A DNA stretch of 64,000 nucleotides. Origin: Zancudomyces culisetae HAW-14-8. Lineage: Eukaryota > Fungi > Kickxellomycota. The translations under genes and the position numbers were made by a program. This document shows positions 1 to 12,354 of the stretch, one piece after another. Below the pieces are notes generated by a model. The model had not been told where the DNA came from. It made no database searches and saw only the letters and a program-made list of their open reading frames with translations. The stretch is taken from NCBI GenBank assembly GCA_052426225.1, contig JBNJNM010000006.1:1116001-1180000 (forward strand), read 5' to 3'. The first letter of the stretch is position 1. Each line of letters starts with the position of its first letter.

Positions 1-2
1 CC

Positions 3-2765
3 AGTTTCAGCCCAGGACTAGCAGTAGTCCAAGTAGGAACAAGAAAGGACTCTACTCAATACGTCAAAATGAAGAGACTTGCCTGTGAACAAGTCGGAAT
101 AAACTTTCAGAAGTTTGAGTTTGATGAAAGCGTAAGCGAGCAGGAGGTTGAGCAGCTTGTACACAAGCTGAATGCGGACGATTCAATTTCGGGAATTATT
201 GTGCAGCTACCTCTGCCAAAGCATATGAGAGAAGAGAACATTGTAAACGCTGTATGTGTAGAAAAGGATGTAGATGGATTCCACGTAGATAACATTGGAA
301 ATCTGTTCAAGAAAAAGGGAAAAACTCTATTCACATCATGCACACCAAAGGGCTGTATGGAGTTACTCAAGCGGTATGGAATTGAGATTAAAGGAAAGCG
401 CGCAGTCGTTGTAGGCCGCAGTGACATCGTAGGAACACCAGTATCCGGACTGTTAACTAAGGCAAACGCAACTGTAACCATTGCACACAGCCACACAAAG
501 AACATTGCAGAGGTCGTTGGACAAGCAGATATTGTAGTAGCCGCATTGGGAGTACCAGAATTTGTTAAGGGTAGCTGGATCAAGGAAGGCGCAGTAGTTG
601 TAGATGTGGGTATAAATGCAGTTGATGACAGCACCAAGAAGAGCGGATACCGTATGGTTGGTGATGTTGAGTATGGAGAAGCAAGAAAGAGAGCCAGCTA
701 CATCACACCAGTTCCAGGTGGCGTTGGGCCCATGACTGTCGCAATGCTCCTTCAAAACACCGTAGAGGGTGCAATTAGACAATTCAACGAGCGTACCAAA
801 ATCAGATTCCGACCAACTAAACTCAACCTTGAGGTTCCAGTACCATCAGACTCGCAGATAGCCGGCAAAGTTAAACCAAAGCTAATCACAGATGTTGCTC
901 ATGAGCTCAAAATCCAGACAGATGAACTTGAACAATACGGGAAATACAAGGCCAAGGTCTCTTTAGATATACTAAATAGAATCGGTGGACACACCAACGG
1001 AAGATATGTGGTTGTCGCTGGAATGACACCCACACCGCTGGGTGAAGGAAAGTCAACAACATCAATTGGTCTAGCCCAAGGACTGGGTGCTCACCTAAAC
1101 AAAACAGCAATTGCCTGCGTACGACAACCCAGCCAGGGCCCAACCTTTGGAATCAAGGGTGGTGCAGCCGGTGGTGGCTATTCTCAAGTAATTCCTATGG
1201 ATGAATTCAATCTGCATCTCACTGGTGATATCCACGCAGTTTCGGCCGCAAACAATCTTTTGGCAGCAGCAATTGACGCCAGGATGTTCCACGAAGCTTC
1301 ACAGAGCGACAATGCGTTGTTTAATCGATTGTGTCCAGTAGTTAAGGGCAAACGTGAATTCTCCAAATCAATGTTTAGCAGATTAGAGCGCCTAGGGATA
1401 AACAAGACACAGCCAGAAGATCTTACTGAAGACGAAATAGGTCGCTTTGCTCGCCTAGACATCGATCCATCAACCATTACATGGAACCGCGTTGTAGATA
1501 TCAACGATCGGTTCCTGCGCCAGGTCAACATCAGCCAAACACTCACCAACAAAACCGTAATGAGCCGCGATACCCAGTTTGATATCTCTGTTGGTTCAGA
1601 AATTATGGCCGTCTTGGCACTTGCCTCAGACCTCAGTGACCTCAAGGCTCGATTGGGTAGAATGATAGTTGCATTTTCCAAGAGCGGTGCTCCAGTTTAC
1701 GCCGATGACTTGGGTATCACTGGCGCACTGACTGTACTGATGAAGGATGCCATCAAACCAACAATTATGCAAACACTGGAAGGAACCCCTGTGTTCATCC
1801 ACGCCGGTCCATTCGCTAACATTGCCCACGGAAACTCCTCTGTAATTGCCGACCGCATTGCACTTAAGCTAGCAGGAACAGCACCTGGAGAGCCAAACAC
1901 AGCACCAAATGTTGGATATGTGATCACAGAAGCTGGATTTGGAAGTGACATTGGCTTTGAGAAGTTTATGAACATCAAGTGTCGTCAATCCGGTCTCTAT
2001 CCAGACTGTGTTGTAGTTGTTGCAACCATCCGCGCTCTGAAGATGCACGGTGGTGGTGCACCTGTCACTGCTGGTGCCAAGCTGCACGATGACTACACAT
2101 GCGAAAATGTCGAGCTTGTACGCAACGGATTGGCCAACTTGGTTCGCCACATTGAAAACTGCAACAAGTTCAAGATTCCTGTAGTGGTAGCGCTCAACAA
2201 ATTCAGCACCGACTCTCAGGCTGAAATCGACCTGGTTGTTAAAACTGCCACCGAAGCCGGAGCCTACGCTGCCCACTTGTCTGACAACTGGGCTCTTGGT
2301 GGTGCTGGTGCCTTGGATCTCTGCAATGCTGTTGTGTCTGCTTGTGAATTAAACAAATCTGGCGAAAACCAATCACAACCTGATATCAACTCAATTATTT
2401 ACTCAGACTCTACCCCACTCAAAGAGAAGATTCTTGCTCTTGCAAAATCCATCTACCGTGCGTCTTCCGTCTCTTACTCGGAACTAGCATCTCAAAAACT
2501 AGATATCTATGAGCATCAGCTCAACAGCGGCCACCTGCCTATCTGTATGGCCAAGACTCAATACTCATTTTCAGCTGATCCAAAGCTCAAGAATGCTCCA
2601 TCTGATTTCGACCTGTTTATCAGAGATGTGCGCATAAGCAATGGTGCTGGATTTGTTTATCCTTTGTGCGGAGACATTCAAACCATGCCAGGTCTACCCA
2701 CCAGACCTTGTTTCTATGATATTGATATTGACTGTGAAACTGGAGCCATCACAGGTCTATTCTAA
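3..2765 (+). CDS. ADE3: C1-tetrahydrofolate synthase (trifunctional dehydrogenase/cyclohydrolase/formyl-THF synthetase), 5'-truncated by the window edge
   Basis: The frame is open from position 3 (SFSPGLAVVQVG..DS..YVKMK). Motifs: GIIVQLPLP, KDVDG, VGRSDIVG.P, TPVPGGVGPMT, then the FTHFS domain TPTPLGEGKST, GPFANIAHG, TEAGFG, TMPGLP. Cytosolic (ADE3) versus mitochondrial (MIS1) cannot be resolved without the N-terminus. Confidence 0.95.
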   Translation, partial: SFSPGLAVVQVGTRKDSTQYVKMKRLACEQVGINFQKFEFDESVSEQEVEQLVHKLNADDSISGIIVQLPLPKHMREENIVNAVCVEKDVDGFHVDNIGNLFKKKGKTLFTSCTPKGCMELLKRYGIEIKGKRAVVVGRSDIVGTPVSGLLTKANATVTIAHSHTKNIAEVVGQADIVVAALGVPEFVKGSWIKEGAVVVDVGINAVDDSTKKSGYRMVGDVEYGEARKRASYITPVPGGVGPMTVAMLLQNTVEGAIRQFNERTKIRFRPTKLNLEVPVPSDSQIAGKVKPKLITDVAHELKIQTDELEQYGKYKAKVSLDILNRIGGHTNGRYVVVAGMTPTPLGEGKSTTSIGLAQGLGAHLNKTAIACVRQPSQGPTFGIKGGAAGGGYSQVIPMDEFNLHLTGDIHAVSAANNLLAAAIDARMFHEASQSDNALFNRLCPVVKGKREFSKSMFSRLERLGINKTQPEDLTEDEIGRFARLDIDPSTITWNRVVDINDRFLRQVNISQTLTNKTVMSRDTQFDISVGSEIMAVLALASDLSDLKARLGRMIVAFSKSGAPVYADDLGITGALTVLMKDAIKPTIMQTLEGTPVFIHAGPFANIAHGNSSVIADRIALKLAGTAPGEPNTAPNVGYVITEAGFGSDIGFEKFMNIKCRQSGLYPDCVVVVATIRALKMHGGGAPVTAGAKLHDDYTCENVELVRNGLANLVRHIENCNKFKIPVVVALNKFSTDSQAEIDLVVKTATEAGAYAAHLSDNWALGGAGALDLCNAVVSACELNKSGENQSQPDINSIIYSDSTPLKEKILALAKSIYRASSVSYSELASQKLDIYEHQLNSGHLPICMAKTQYSFSADPKLKNAPSDFDLFIRDVRISNGAGFVYPLCGDIQTMPGLPTRPCFYDIDIDCETGAITGLF

Positions 2766-3033
2766 ATTTCATCCAAAGAATACTAGCCTGACTTTATTTT
2801 TTGCTAGTACTAATGTTTATATTGCAATTATTACAGTCAATCTTTTTTAAAAATATAGTTTATTTATTTATCTACACCTTGAACTTTTCTTATTGTATCC
2901 TAACCGCAGTTGATTATAAAGTGATTTTATTTCAAGCCCACTTTGAAGTGTTTTCAATTCAAAAACTGTAACAACTGCTAAAAATCTATGACTAATACAC
3001 TATCTAAAAAGTTAAAATCCTAGAACCTACAAA

Positions 3034-3591
3034 TTAGGTTCTTCTAACCATGAGCCAAGCAAATGAAATGGCTCTTCTTCCTAAAACCTTAGGTATATTT
3101 CTGATGGTCTTGGATGATGATCTACGGACTACCTGGCATGCACCGGTACAATCTTTTCCTGAACAAACCACAATTACTCCCTTTCCTGGCGTCTCCAATC
3201 CACTCTTTCTTCCAAGCTTGATTGATCCGAACTTTCTTGTATTGTAGCACTTTCCAACTCTGATACTGCGCTTAGCATATCTTCTACGAAATCTGGGAGA
3301 CTTGTACAATCTAACAGTGGTTTTCATGCGCCTACAACAATGATGCATGTCATTGAACTCAGAATCAGCAAGTTCGTCATATTCAGAATCAGCAAGTTCA
3401 TTGTATTCAGCATCAGTCAGATCGTTGTATTTAGAACCAGTCAGATCGTTGTATTTAGAACCAACAATGTTATCATTATTTTGGGTATTGGCAAGATCGT
3501 TGTTATATTTCTGTTGGGCACCACAGTTGTTTGCTGGGTTGGCCAGGGTTGAACCAAGAAGCAAGGCACTGACTAAAACTGATTTGAGCAT
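3034..3591 (-). CDS. Small secreted protein: signal peptide, acidic 8-aa repeat pro-region and very basic Cys-containing C-terminal domain (possibly beta/gamma-crystallin-like)
   Basis: 185-aa intronless ORF with a hydrophobic N-terminus (MLKSVLVSALLLGSTLA) and a TATA-like element upstream on the minus strand (~3702-3708). Confidence 0.8.
   Translation of the reverse strand: MLKSVLVSALLLGSTLANPANNCGAQQKYNNDLANTQNNDNIVGSKYNDLTGSKYNDLTDAEYNELADSEYDELADSEFNDMHHCCRRMKTTVRLYKSPRFRRRYAKRSIRVGKCYNTRKFGSIKLGRKSGLETPGKGVIVVCSGKDCTGACQVVRRSSSKTIRNIPKVLGRRAISFAWLMVRRT
3340..3459 (-). repeat. Coding 24-bp tandem repeat, five units (SKYNDLTG/SKYNDLTD/AEYNELAD/SEYDELAD/SEFNDMHH)
   Basis: Plus strand shows repeated gtcagatcgttgtatttagaacca and cagaatcagcaagttc units. 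Confidence 0.85.
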
Positions 3592-6500
3592 TTTGGCTTT
3601 TCTGGTTTTATACTTTTTGGGTTGTTTTGATTAATTTGTTTTTTTCCCTGTTGGAATACTGTTTTGTGGTTTTTAAATTATGTTTGAAAAAACCTTGCTC
3701 TTATATACTTTTGTCAGAGAAGTGAGTTAATTCCACAATTCACAGTGTTATTACACTAATACACAATATATACCCGAGTATAATCGTTATTGGAAGATAT
3801 CTTGCATATTGCCATTATGGTTCAGAAGAACAGAAATACCACAGTGGCGTATTGAAGCACGTCTGGTTCTTGCAATAATAATACATCTTAAATATATTCA
3901 TACATCTAGATTATTTGAATAAATCTATCTCCACACTCCGGTGTTTGTACAATGTTTTTATTTTGTACCACAGCTAAAACCACATTACTCTGAGTATTTC
4001 CCTCCACCAAAACCATTATACTTGAACGAACAAGCACCAATCGATTTTGGGTATCGATAAGATACTAGCTAAGCCTCGAAAAGGCTACAAAAAAAAAAGG
4101 AGGGAGAGAATACACTGGCTACAGTGCAAGGAGTAGTTTTGAGCGTGTCGGGGTTGATAGCGCCCACGTTTTACTGCTAAAATTTCAAGGTTGTATTCGA
4201 TTTATTATGTCTTCTAAAACCACGAATCTATCAATTAGGTTTATACAAACTATGAAATACGCAAAAGTACAGCATATTCCTATTAAAATTATAATATCCC
4301 TGTACTTTTGATTTTATTTGTTAAAGATACGGAAACAGTATTAAGGCTGTTCTAGGAACGCTGAAATATAATTACTCATAACCAAAAAGAAAATTCAGCT
4401 CACAATAATATTATACAACTGACTTTTTTGGGTATTGGTTTAGTGCAGTGTTAACTGTTAGCCATAAGTTGAGTTAGTAAACAAAGTAACCATTTTAAAG
4501 ATAAAAACCAGACACGCCAACCAAGTTAAAATTCTGGTAGCTGGTTTCTTTAAGCATTGTGAGAATTCCTACGAGCGTATTTTTTTAAATACAAAATAAC
4601 TATTTTTATTCTAGAAACAAAAATATGATTAAGGGCTATGATATGGTGGTTCTGTTCTTGGTCAGCCCGCCTCGTTTTTGCAGCCAAACATCGTTATTAT
4701 ATCCAATACTATTTTCCTTCTAACAGACGCAAATGTGAATATGCTGTATGAACTATGTATTCCAAAATAAAATAATAACGCTTACAGTGTAAACACCACA
4801 TGGTACAAAATTACGCTTTTTCTGGCAACCATAAACAATGATAATAAGGTTTATTGCAAAGTGACTGAAGTGGTTTTTAAATCTTTTTGAGTGGGATACC
4901 AATTCCAGACAGATTGAATGAGCTAGTTCATTGCACATGGCTGAATAGACCAAGAAAAAATATCCTCTACAATAATTTTCTAGTACATTAAACCTATTAT
5001 GAGTCTGGATGGTATTTGGACTCTGTGCATTGTATTTTTGACTATTTTGTGGTTGTTTTTCTTTAAAAAATAGCCACAGACGGTATGGTTCAGCAGCTTC
5101 TAAATGTAATATATCCAAAATATATTTGAATATAATACTGAAGTATGTTTAGTTGCTACCATTGAGTTAAGTATCTTTATATACAAACTATTGTTTTATA
5201 ACAAAACTGAATGAGTGTGACATTTTGCCGAGCTGAGCTGAGCTGGTGGTATTATTGTAATAGCATTAAAAAAAGATAAGGGTGTTTGGAAGTATTCAAG
5301 TGCGAGAAACATGACTGTTCAGCTTGTATTTCCGACTCTGCATATCCTGACTTACTGTGATAATTTTTGTACAAACTACACAAGTATCATTATGGGTGTG
5401 GATATAACTTTTGACTTGTATCTTTTCGATTTGTAATCCACCAAATATCTTTTTCCGCGGTGCTGAAAGTTGCAAATGTATGGTTCTATCCATTGTTGTA
5501 CTTTATTGATAAAGTGCAATGGTGTTTAACTAAAAAGAGAAAATCATGACTGAAAACCCCATTACCGTGATTCCCATGTCTTAGGTTAGCAAGTGTAATC
5601 AGTATTTTGAACAGTTTTGTTTTTTCCAACTCGTTGTCACGCTCTGTCTGGTACTTGAAAATATCTTGTAAAACTGGGATGATGTTATGTGAGTTAAGGG
5701 TATTTGTGTTATAGTTTATTCTCCCAAAACTATAGTCACTCATTTTTAAATATGCATTTTAAATTAAGTACCAACTTGGTTGTAAACGAGAATTTCGACA
5801 TTGTGAAAATGAAATGCATTAATAGGTCTGAGATAACGTATTAACTCTATAAATCTGTGATTTTTTGAAAAGTGCAAAACCGACTAATTCAACTTCTACC
5901 ACCCGTATATACATGAAAGCTTTAATAGACTCAATACTAAATCCTCTAATAGTCCTATTCTTCTCAATCAGTAATAGTTGCTTAAATGTACAAAACCTCT
6001 CTGTATTGTGTTAAATATGTTTAGTGTGGAAAAAAACAGAAAAACGAGCACTGGTATTATAGGAATCATCGCCAAACTTCGACAGCCACGTTACTATTTA
6101 TCTCGTATCATTAATATACTCTTGAGCAATTATTAGGTTTTTATCTAGTTTCTTGCCCAAATATTTGTAATTTTATGCCAATTTTTTATTATTATTCATG
6201 TTCTAGATGCGAAAACACGTTAAATGCTTGAATTAAATGAAAGTGAAAAATATTTTAGTTTTCTACAAGTATACATGATCAATTAGTGCCAAGAACACTA
6301 ATCATTCTGAACTATTCTTTAAAATGTCCGTGGTCAACTTACAAAAAGATCCATTAGACACACTATTTTACGATATGTGTCACGCTTTTTCAACTTTGAT
6401 TACATTTCTTGGAGTTGACTTGGATTTCATTCCCACTTTTGTGTTTGCTTTGGGAAATACTCTACGCGAATTTTTTAGGACCATTGGCCATTTTTGTTTG

Positions 6501-6743
6501 GTGAATTTTGATTTTCATCAATTTCGATTTTATCAATTGGAAAAACCAATTGTTCTGGTTTCAAATAATTGTAAAAAAATCATCTAAATACAATAAACAT
6601 TTACATTTAGGATGCAGGTAGTTTTGTACCTAGATTTAGTCTAATTTTTTTTTAGTGATTAATGCCTTAAGTTCTGTATTAACGTTTTCCTCCTAATGAT
6701 AAAAAAATAAAATTTCTGGTAATTTATAGCATTTCTTTTTACG

Positions 6744-8446
6744 ATGGCGCGGAAAAAGATAACTTATCAGGTAAGAAAGATCTTGACTTTACTTTAATTT
6801 AATTAGTCAAATAGGTAATATTGTTGGTAATATCATTTAGCCAAGAAAAACAAAATCTTCCAAATATGAAAACACGAAAAAAGTGACTGCGATAAAAGAG
6901 AAAGTTGGTAAGCCTAAAGCTGCTAGAAATGTGAAAAACTCTAATGGCTTGCAGGACAAGAAGGATGCAGTGGTTGTAGAGATCGTATCCCCAAACGAAA
7001 AGGGTATATCTTTTAATATGCATCGAGGCAGCAGTGAATCTTTTCAAGAGGAAAGTTTTGACAAGAGAGTACTGGATTCTGGCGTTCCATTATATAGACA
7101 AGGTAAATATGTTGAGGTATTTTTTGATTTGAATATTATAGGGTGTGTATTCGTGGTATTTATATATCAATAACTTTATTTTGGGGGGAAATATAGTAAA
7201 AAAACGAAAGGAAATAAAAGGCAGGGTTAGCGATTCGGAATCGGAATCTGGCGACGAGCTGGATGGATTGTACTTCAATTCCAGCAAAAAGGTGGGTTTT
7301 GGTAACGGGAATGATTATAGCCCATCTCCAAGGAGGTACAAGAATCTTGAGACGGCCACTCCAACAAAAAATCACAAAAAGATGGATGAAATGCATAATT
7401 TGGTTGTCAATGTTAATGGTTTGGGTCAACAACCTGGAACACAAACAGGAGTAAATCAGGCAGGTAACAAGAGAAAATATAGAAAAAGTATATCAGAATC
7501 CGAAATTATAGATAAAAGTGTTAACAACACACCGATACAACGACAGAAAAGTGTTATTGAGGTGCTCATTAACACAAACGAAAAGGAAAGGAAGCAGGGT
7601 ACAAATATTATGATTGGACGAAAGTATAAGCCCAAAATCGAACTCAACACAATGTATAAAGAGTTTTTGAAGGCTAAAAAAATGTTAGGGGAGTATGGAA
7701 GCCTGGGTTATCCTGAAGAACTACCCTATCTACCCGAAGGAGAGCTCGAGATAGATTCATCAGTTGACATAGCAAACGAAGACAATCCGTGGAAACTTAA
7801 ATACAAGAAGTTGTATGCGCTTCGAAATTCGAATTCTGAAGAACAATATGGAATCTTGTTTAAGCATACTGAAAAGCACTTGACTTCTGCTGATGATTTG
7901 GTAACCAAACAAAAAAGCGAAATTGGATTGTTAAAGGAACATATTTCCAATATTAGCAAGGAATTGGATACCTCGAAGCTGCTTTGCTCACAAAATGAAG
8001 AAATAAAATCAGAAATAGAACTTCTTAAGTCTGAAAACTACGAATTAAAGGCAAGAAACACGCAGGTACAAAAGGAGCTGCTGGCCGAACAATCAAAGGT
8101 TTCTCATCTCAAAAAACAAAGGCGTCTCTCAAACAATTCTCTTGATGTAGTTATTCGAGAAAAATTAGCATTTTCGCACCAACTTAGCGGCCTTACTATT
8201 ATTGATGTGGACAACGATGACATTGCTTCGTATTTTTACTGCTCGATCTCGGGCAGAAACGGTACTTTTACTTTTTGTTTGACAAAGTATGATGACGACC
8301 AAGGCAATTTTGAGTATTCACCAAACCCCCAACAAGATTTCAATGTCGCCAGACTCCTGCCCGAAATGTTTAAAGACACTTTTATATTTGAAGCAAACGA
8401 TGCGAGTGTGTTTTATTTAAAGATCTACCATGCCTTGAATCGCTAA
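6744..8446 (+). CDS. CSM1: Monopolin subunit Csm1/Pcs1-like protein, 3 exons (6744-6770, 6841-7102, 7197-8446)
   Basis: GT-AG introns 6771-6840 and 7103-7196 keep the frame. A coiled coil is followed by a Csm1-type C-terminal domain (LSGLTIIDV...YFYCSISGRNGTFTF.L...FEYSP...LPEMFKDTFIF...ASVFYLKI). Confidence 0.8.
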
Positions 8447-9350
8447 AATTAGATATATTGGCATATTTTGCTGCTTGTATTTGTTTTATTTCGTAGACCA
8501 TCTGCAACCTTTAATACTCACAACTACTATACGTTATTGCTTTTTGCTCATTAATATATATCTAATATGTGTAATTATTATTTTCCAGGAAGATTTTCTT
8601 CATTTTCTTTTTTATAGGCTAAAGTTGAATTTTTCCAGAAAACTAAACCTATACTGTATCAACAATAATGCAGGAGCCAGAGCACATCTCAGTTTGGTGG
8701 CGTTTATTTGTATTTTACTTTTGCCGCCGAAACGCACGATATGCCAATTTTGATCAATACTATTGTGTTTCTGCGTACAGTTAGAGTAGAATGGGCCACC
8801 TTAAGCTCAAAATGTTTATACAGTAAACTCGACCACAAGAAAGGCCACAAGCAAATTTCACTTGTTTCCTGTCATTGGGAATAGAAGGTATTGTCATAAA
8901 AAAACAAACTAACGCTGTATAGTTGCATCATTTCTTCGTTACAATCTTATTATTTTTTTATAACCGAGATTAGTGTATAGCATCCAAACAAACAGCCATC
9001 AATAAAATAATGGAAAATGTCAACACAGACTTTCACAAGACAATAAAAAATTGAGCTTATCAGCGTAAGGACTGAACGTTTCATCAGGCGTTTTGTTTAG
9101 TAAGGAATATGCACATTTATCAGTTTAAACCCAGGAATATCGCATATAAGCCCTATACTAGCTGCATGGAAACTATATATAATAAAAATCTACCTACATC
9201 GATGACACTTTTCTTTTATACATATTCAATGAACTCCTATGCTCAATACTTTTATCAGTGGTGCGTGGGCTTTTTTTCTGCATTCTTCTAACTTTAACTA
9301 ATATTAAAACAAATTTATACGAATAGCAAAAAAATAAGGCAAGGTAAACC

Positions 9351-12300
9351 ATGGATGCCCAAAATATCTATGAATCGAATTTTCCAGAAACCGATGAAAC
9401 CAAATATAAAGACATAAATGTTAACCAATTTTGGTATACGCTGGTCACATATACCTTTCTCGGAGTATTAATGTTGGTTACATTTTTAATAATAAGAAAG
9501 AAGGCGCCGTTGGTTTATAAACCTAGGAAAAAAAATGTTAATGAAATACTGTGCGTTTACACATATTATATTTTCTAAATTATATTTCATGATTAGGTGT
9601 TGTACATAAAAGTTAGCGGGGTATTCGAGTTAACAAGAACACTATAACCTGTATTCTCATGTATGTATTTATAGAGCTCATAAAACCAGAAAAAGAAAAG
9701 AAAAAAGTCTCGTGCAAAGAGTGCTGGAAATATTTAAGCCACAAGACACGGACGTACTTTTAGTTTCCTCTCTAGATTCGTATATGATCGTGCGTATAAT
9801 ACATATATTTTGCTATATATTTCTGGTATTGTCCATTATATCACTGCCAATTGTGTTATACTCAAACAAAAAAGCCAGTTTAGCCGTATTATCAATGGGA
9901 CCACAGATTCCGACGAATACAAGTATAAGTGCAAGCATAAATGGTAGTTCTACCGCTAGTGGCTATGGGATGCAGAGTTACTCAATGTCTAATGTTCCAA
10001 GAGGAAGCGATATTTTATGGATAAACATGGGGGTATTTCTTATTTCTGTAGGTAAAGTGGCCTTGACTATATATCGTAGAATAAATACTCTACAAAACAT
10101 TACCAACTAAACGCATGTATTATTTACCCCTTAAAAAATAGTTATGATACTGTTTTACATACTGAAAGAGTGCAAATTATTTATAAAGCTAAGACAGATG
10201 CACCTTAAAAACTCGGACTTGACAATGCCGATAATGTCTAGAACTTTATTGCTTTGCGGGCTGGACAGGAGGTTTCTCAAACAAGGCTATTTGAAGAAAA
10301 TATTTTCAAAGCTTCCAGGAAAGGTGCTGAATGTATCTGTAAACATTGATGTAGAGACATTGACAAATCTAGTAGCAAAGAGAGACGCAATGGTATCTAA
10401 AGTAGAAAAATTGCTGACAAGACTTGTAGTAGATGCAAACAAATATTACAAAAAGACAAACAAACATGCCATTATTGAGGAAACCAAGAAACGTTTATTG
10501 GAAGATATTAGAAAAATGTTAAGCCAGTTAGTCAGACAAAATAAAGAGGTTGAACAAGCCCAGCAAAGTTGCATACTTTCGAAAAAATACCAGTACTCGG
10601 CGTTCGTCCTATTTGATTATCAACTCTCAGCACATATTGCTGCACAGTCGCTAATATGTAAGAACCAGTTTGCGCTTTTTTCAAAGCTAATCGAAAACAC
10701 AACACGAGATATATTCTGGAGCAATTTGAGCCACAAAACCACTCAGCGAAAATTTCGAAGTATGGTATCCAAAACAATCCTGGCTATAATCGTGCTGATG
10801 TGGGGGACGCTTAGTTTGGCCATCAGTTCATATGTAAAAATAGATAATCTAGCTAAGCTTTTCAAATTGAAGAATGTTTCACAGGACAGCTTTTGGTTGA
10901 AGCCAGAGATAAGGGGGGTGGTAGCACCAGCGCTCATGTTTCTTTTGGTATCGGTGCTTCCATACTTTTTGCTATTCTTGATATCAATGGAAGGTGTTCC
11001 CAGGTACTCTGATATTAATAAGCGATTGTGTTTAACTCATTTTATATTTCTGGCTATGACTGTGTTTATTCTTCCACATATCTTTACATCGGTTACCGAT
11101 ATAACTGTAAAGATCACCCTGGTGTATAGCAACCCTATGAAATTGCTTACAGACGCAACAGGTGTGTTACTACAGGCGAGTACGTTTTTTGTTTCGTATC
11201 TGATACTTTCGATGTTTACAAGCAGTGGAGCTACTCTCTTGTTGCCTGGGAGTTTATGGTTTAAATACATCATGCCACTCTTTTATAAAACACCAAGAGA
11301 TCTGATGAGACTTAGAAAGCTAGAGGGGTTTCCATGGGGGTTTAATTTGCCCGATCAGTACCTGGTTTTTATGATAGGAGTGGCATATGCTCCGATAGCA
11401 CCGCTAATAAATGTTTTTGCATTGGGATATTTCTATCTGCACTATATAATTTACAATTATCAATTCCGATATGTGTATGACCCTGAGCAGTTTATGCACG
11501 GAGGGTTAACATTTAAAACTGGAGTAAAAATTATTTTCTACTCGCTGTATGTGATTGAAACAATATGGTTTATCTTGATGTTTGTTAACATAAACGGTTC
11601 CATATCGTCAATGCTTCGTGTAGCCGTTTGTCTAATACTGATTGCTGTCACTCACAAAATATACAGCTATATACATACCACTATGTTTGTGATGTTCAAA
11701 TATCTACCAGTTGAGTCGGCAGAAACATATCCCAGTTCAAGAAGCGAAAATCAGGGTAATGACTTATCACCAAATGATGCAGGAAAGCAGGACAGCTATG
11801 GAAACCAAGCATGTAAAAGTCAAAAAATGAGGACAGAGTGTGAATGGCACAGTGAAGAAGAGGAGAAAAATGATGGTGAAGAGGAGGAAGAAGAGGAGGA
11901 GGAGATTTGTTTATGTGGTGAATCTATTTGTATCTGTAAAAGCAATGACCTAAGGGAAAAGCTGCAGGATAGTGTTAGCAGCAAAAATTCTACAAAAATT
12001 ATTAATGCTGGAGAAGTAGCAACTCCAATTTTGGAAAAAGGATATTATGATAAAAGTCGTGGTTTTGATGATTCTGATTTAATCATGACCAGCAAAGGAA
12101 ATAGGAATAAAGGGAAAAGCGACGGCAATCAAAACCCCCTTGAGGATTTTCGAAATACATTTGTTCATCCGAGTTTGACAACATCCGTGCGATCAGATAT
12201 TAGAATTCCCTGTGATTCTACAGGATCAACAACCGGATACTTCAATTCATTGAACAAAGTCAGTGAAGGGTATTACATAATCAGATCTGATGGCGTAACA

Positions 12301-12354
12301 CTTGACGCAAAAAATAAAATAGTTATAGATTTTAACACATTTTCAGAGGATTAA
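9351..12354 (+). CDS. CSC1/OSCA/TMEM63 (RSN1/PHM7-like) mechanosensitive cation channel, 3 exons (9351-9550, 9675-10051, 10142-12354)
   Basis: N-terminal TM helix plus VYKPR, SLDSYM..R, SMSNVPRGS..LW, SRTLLL.G, SAFVLF...SAHIAAQ, DIFWSNL, KTPRD, YAPIAPLI, YQFRYVY. Introns 9551-9674 and 10052-10141 restore the frame. Confidence 0.9.

Noticed and set aside
5296-5743. Two overlapping short minus-strand ORFs that might be a frameshifted gene
   Set aside because: No recognisable domain, and the composition is close to intergenic.
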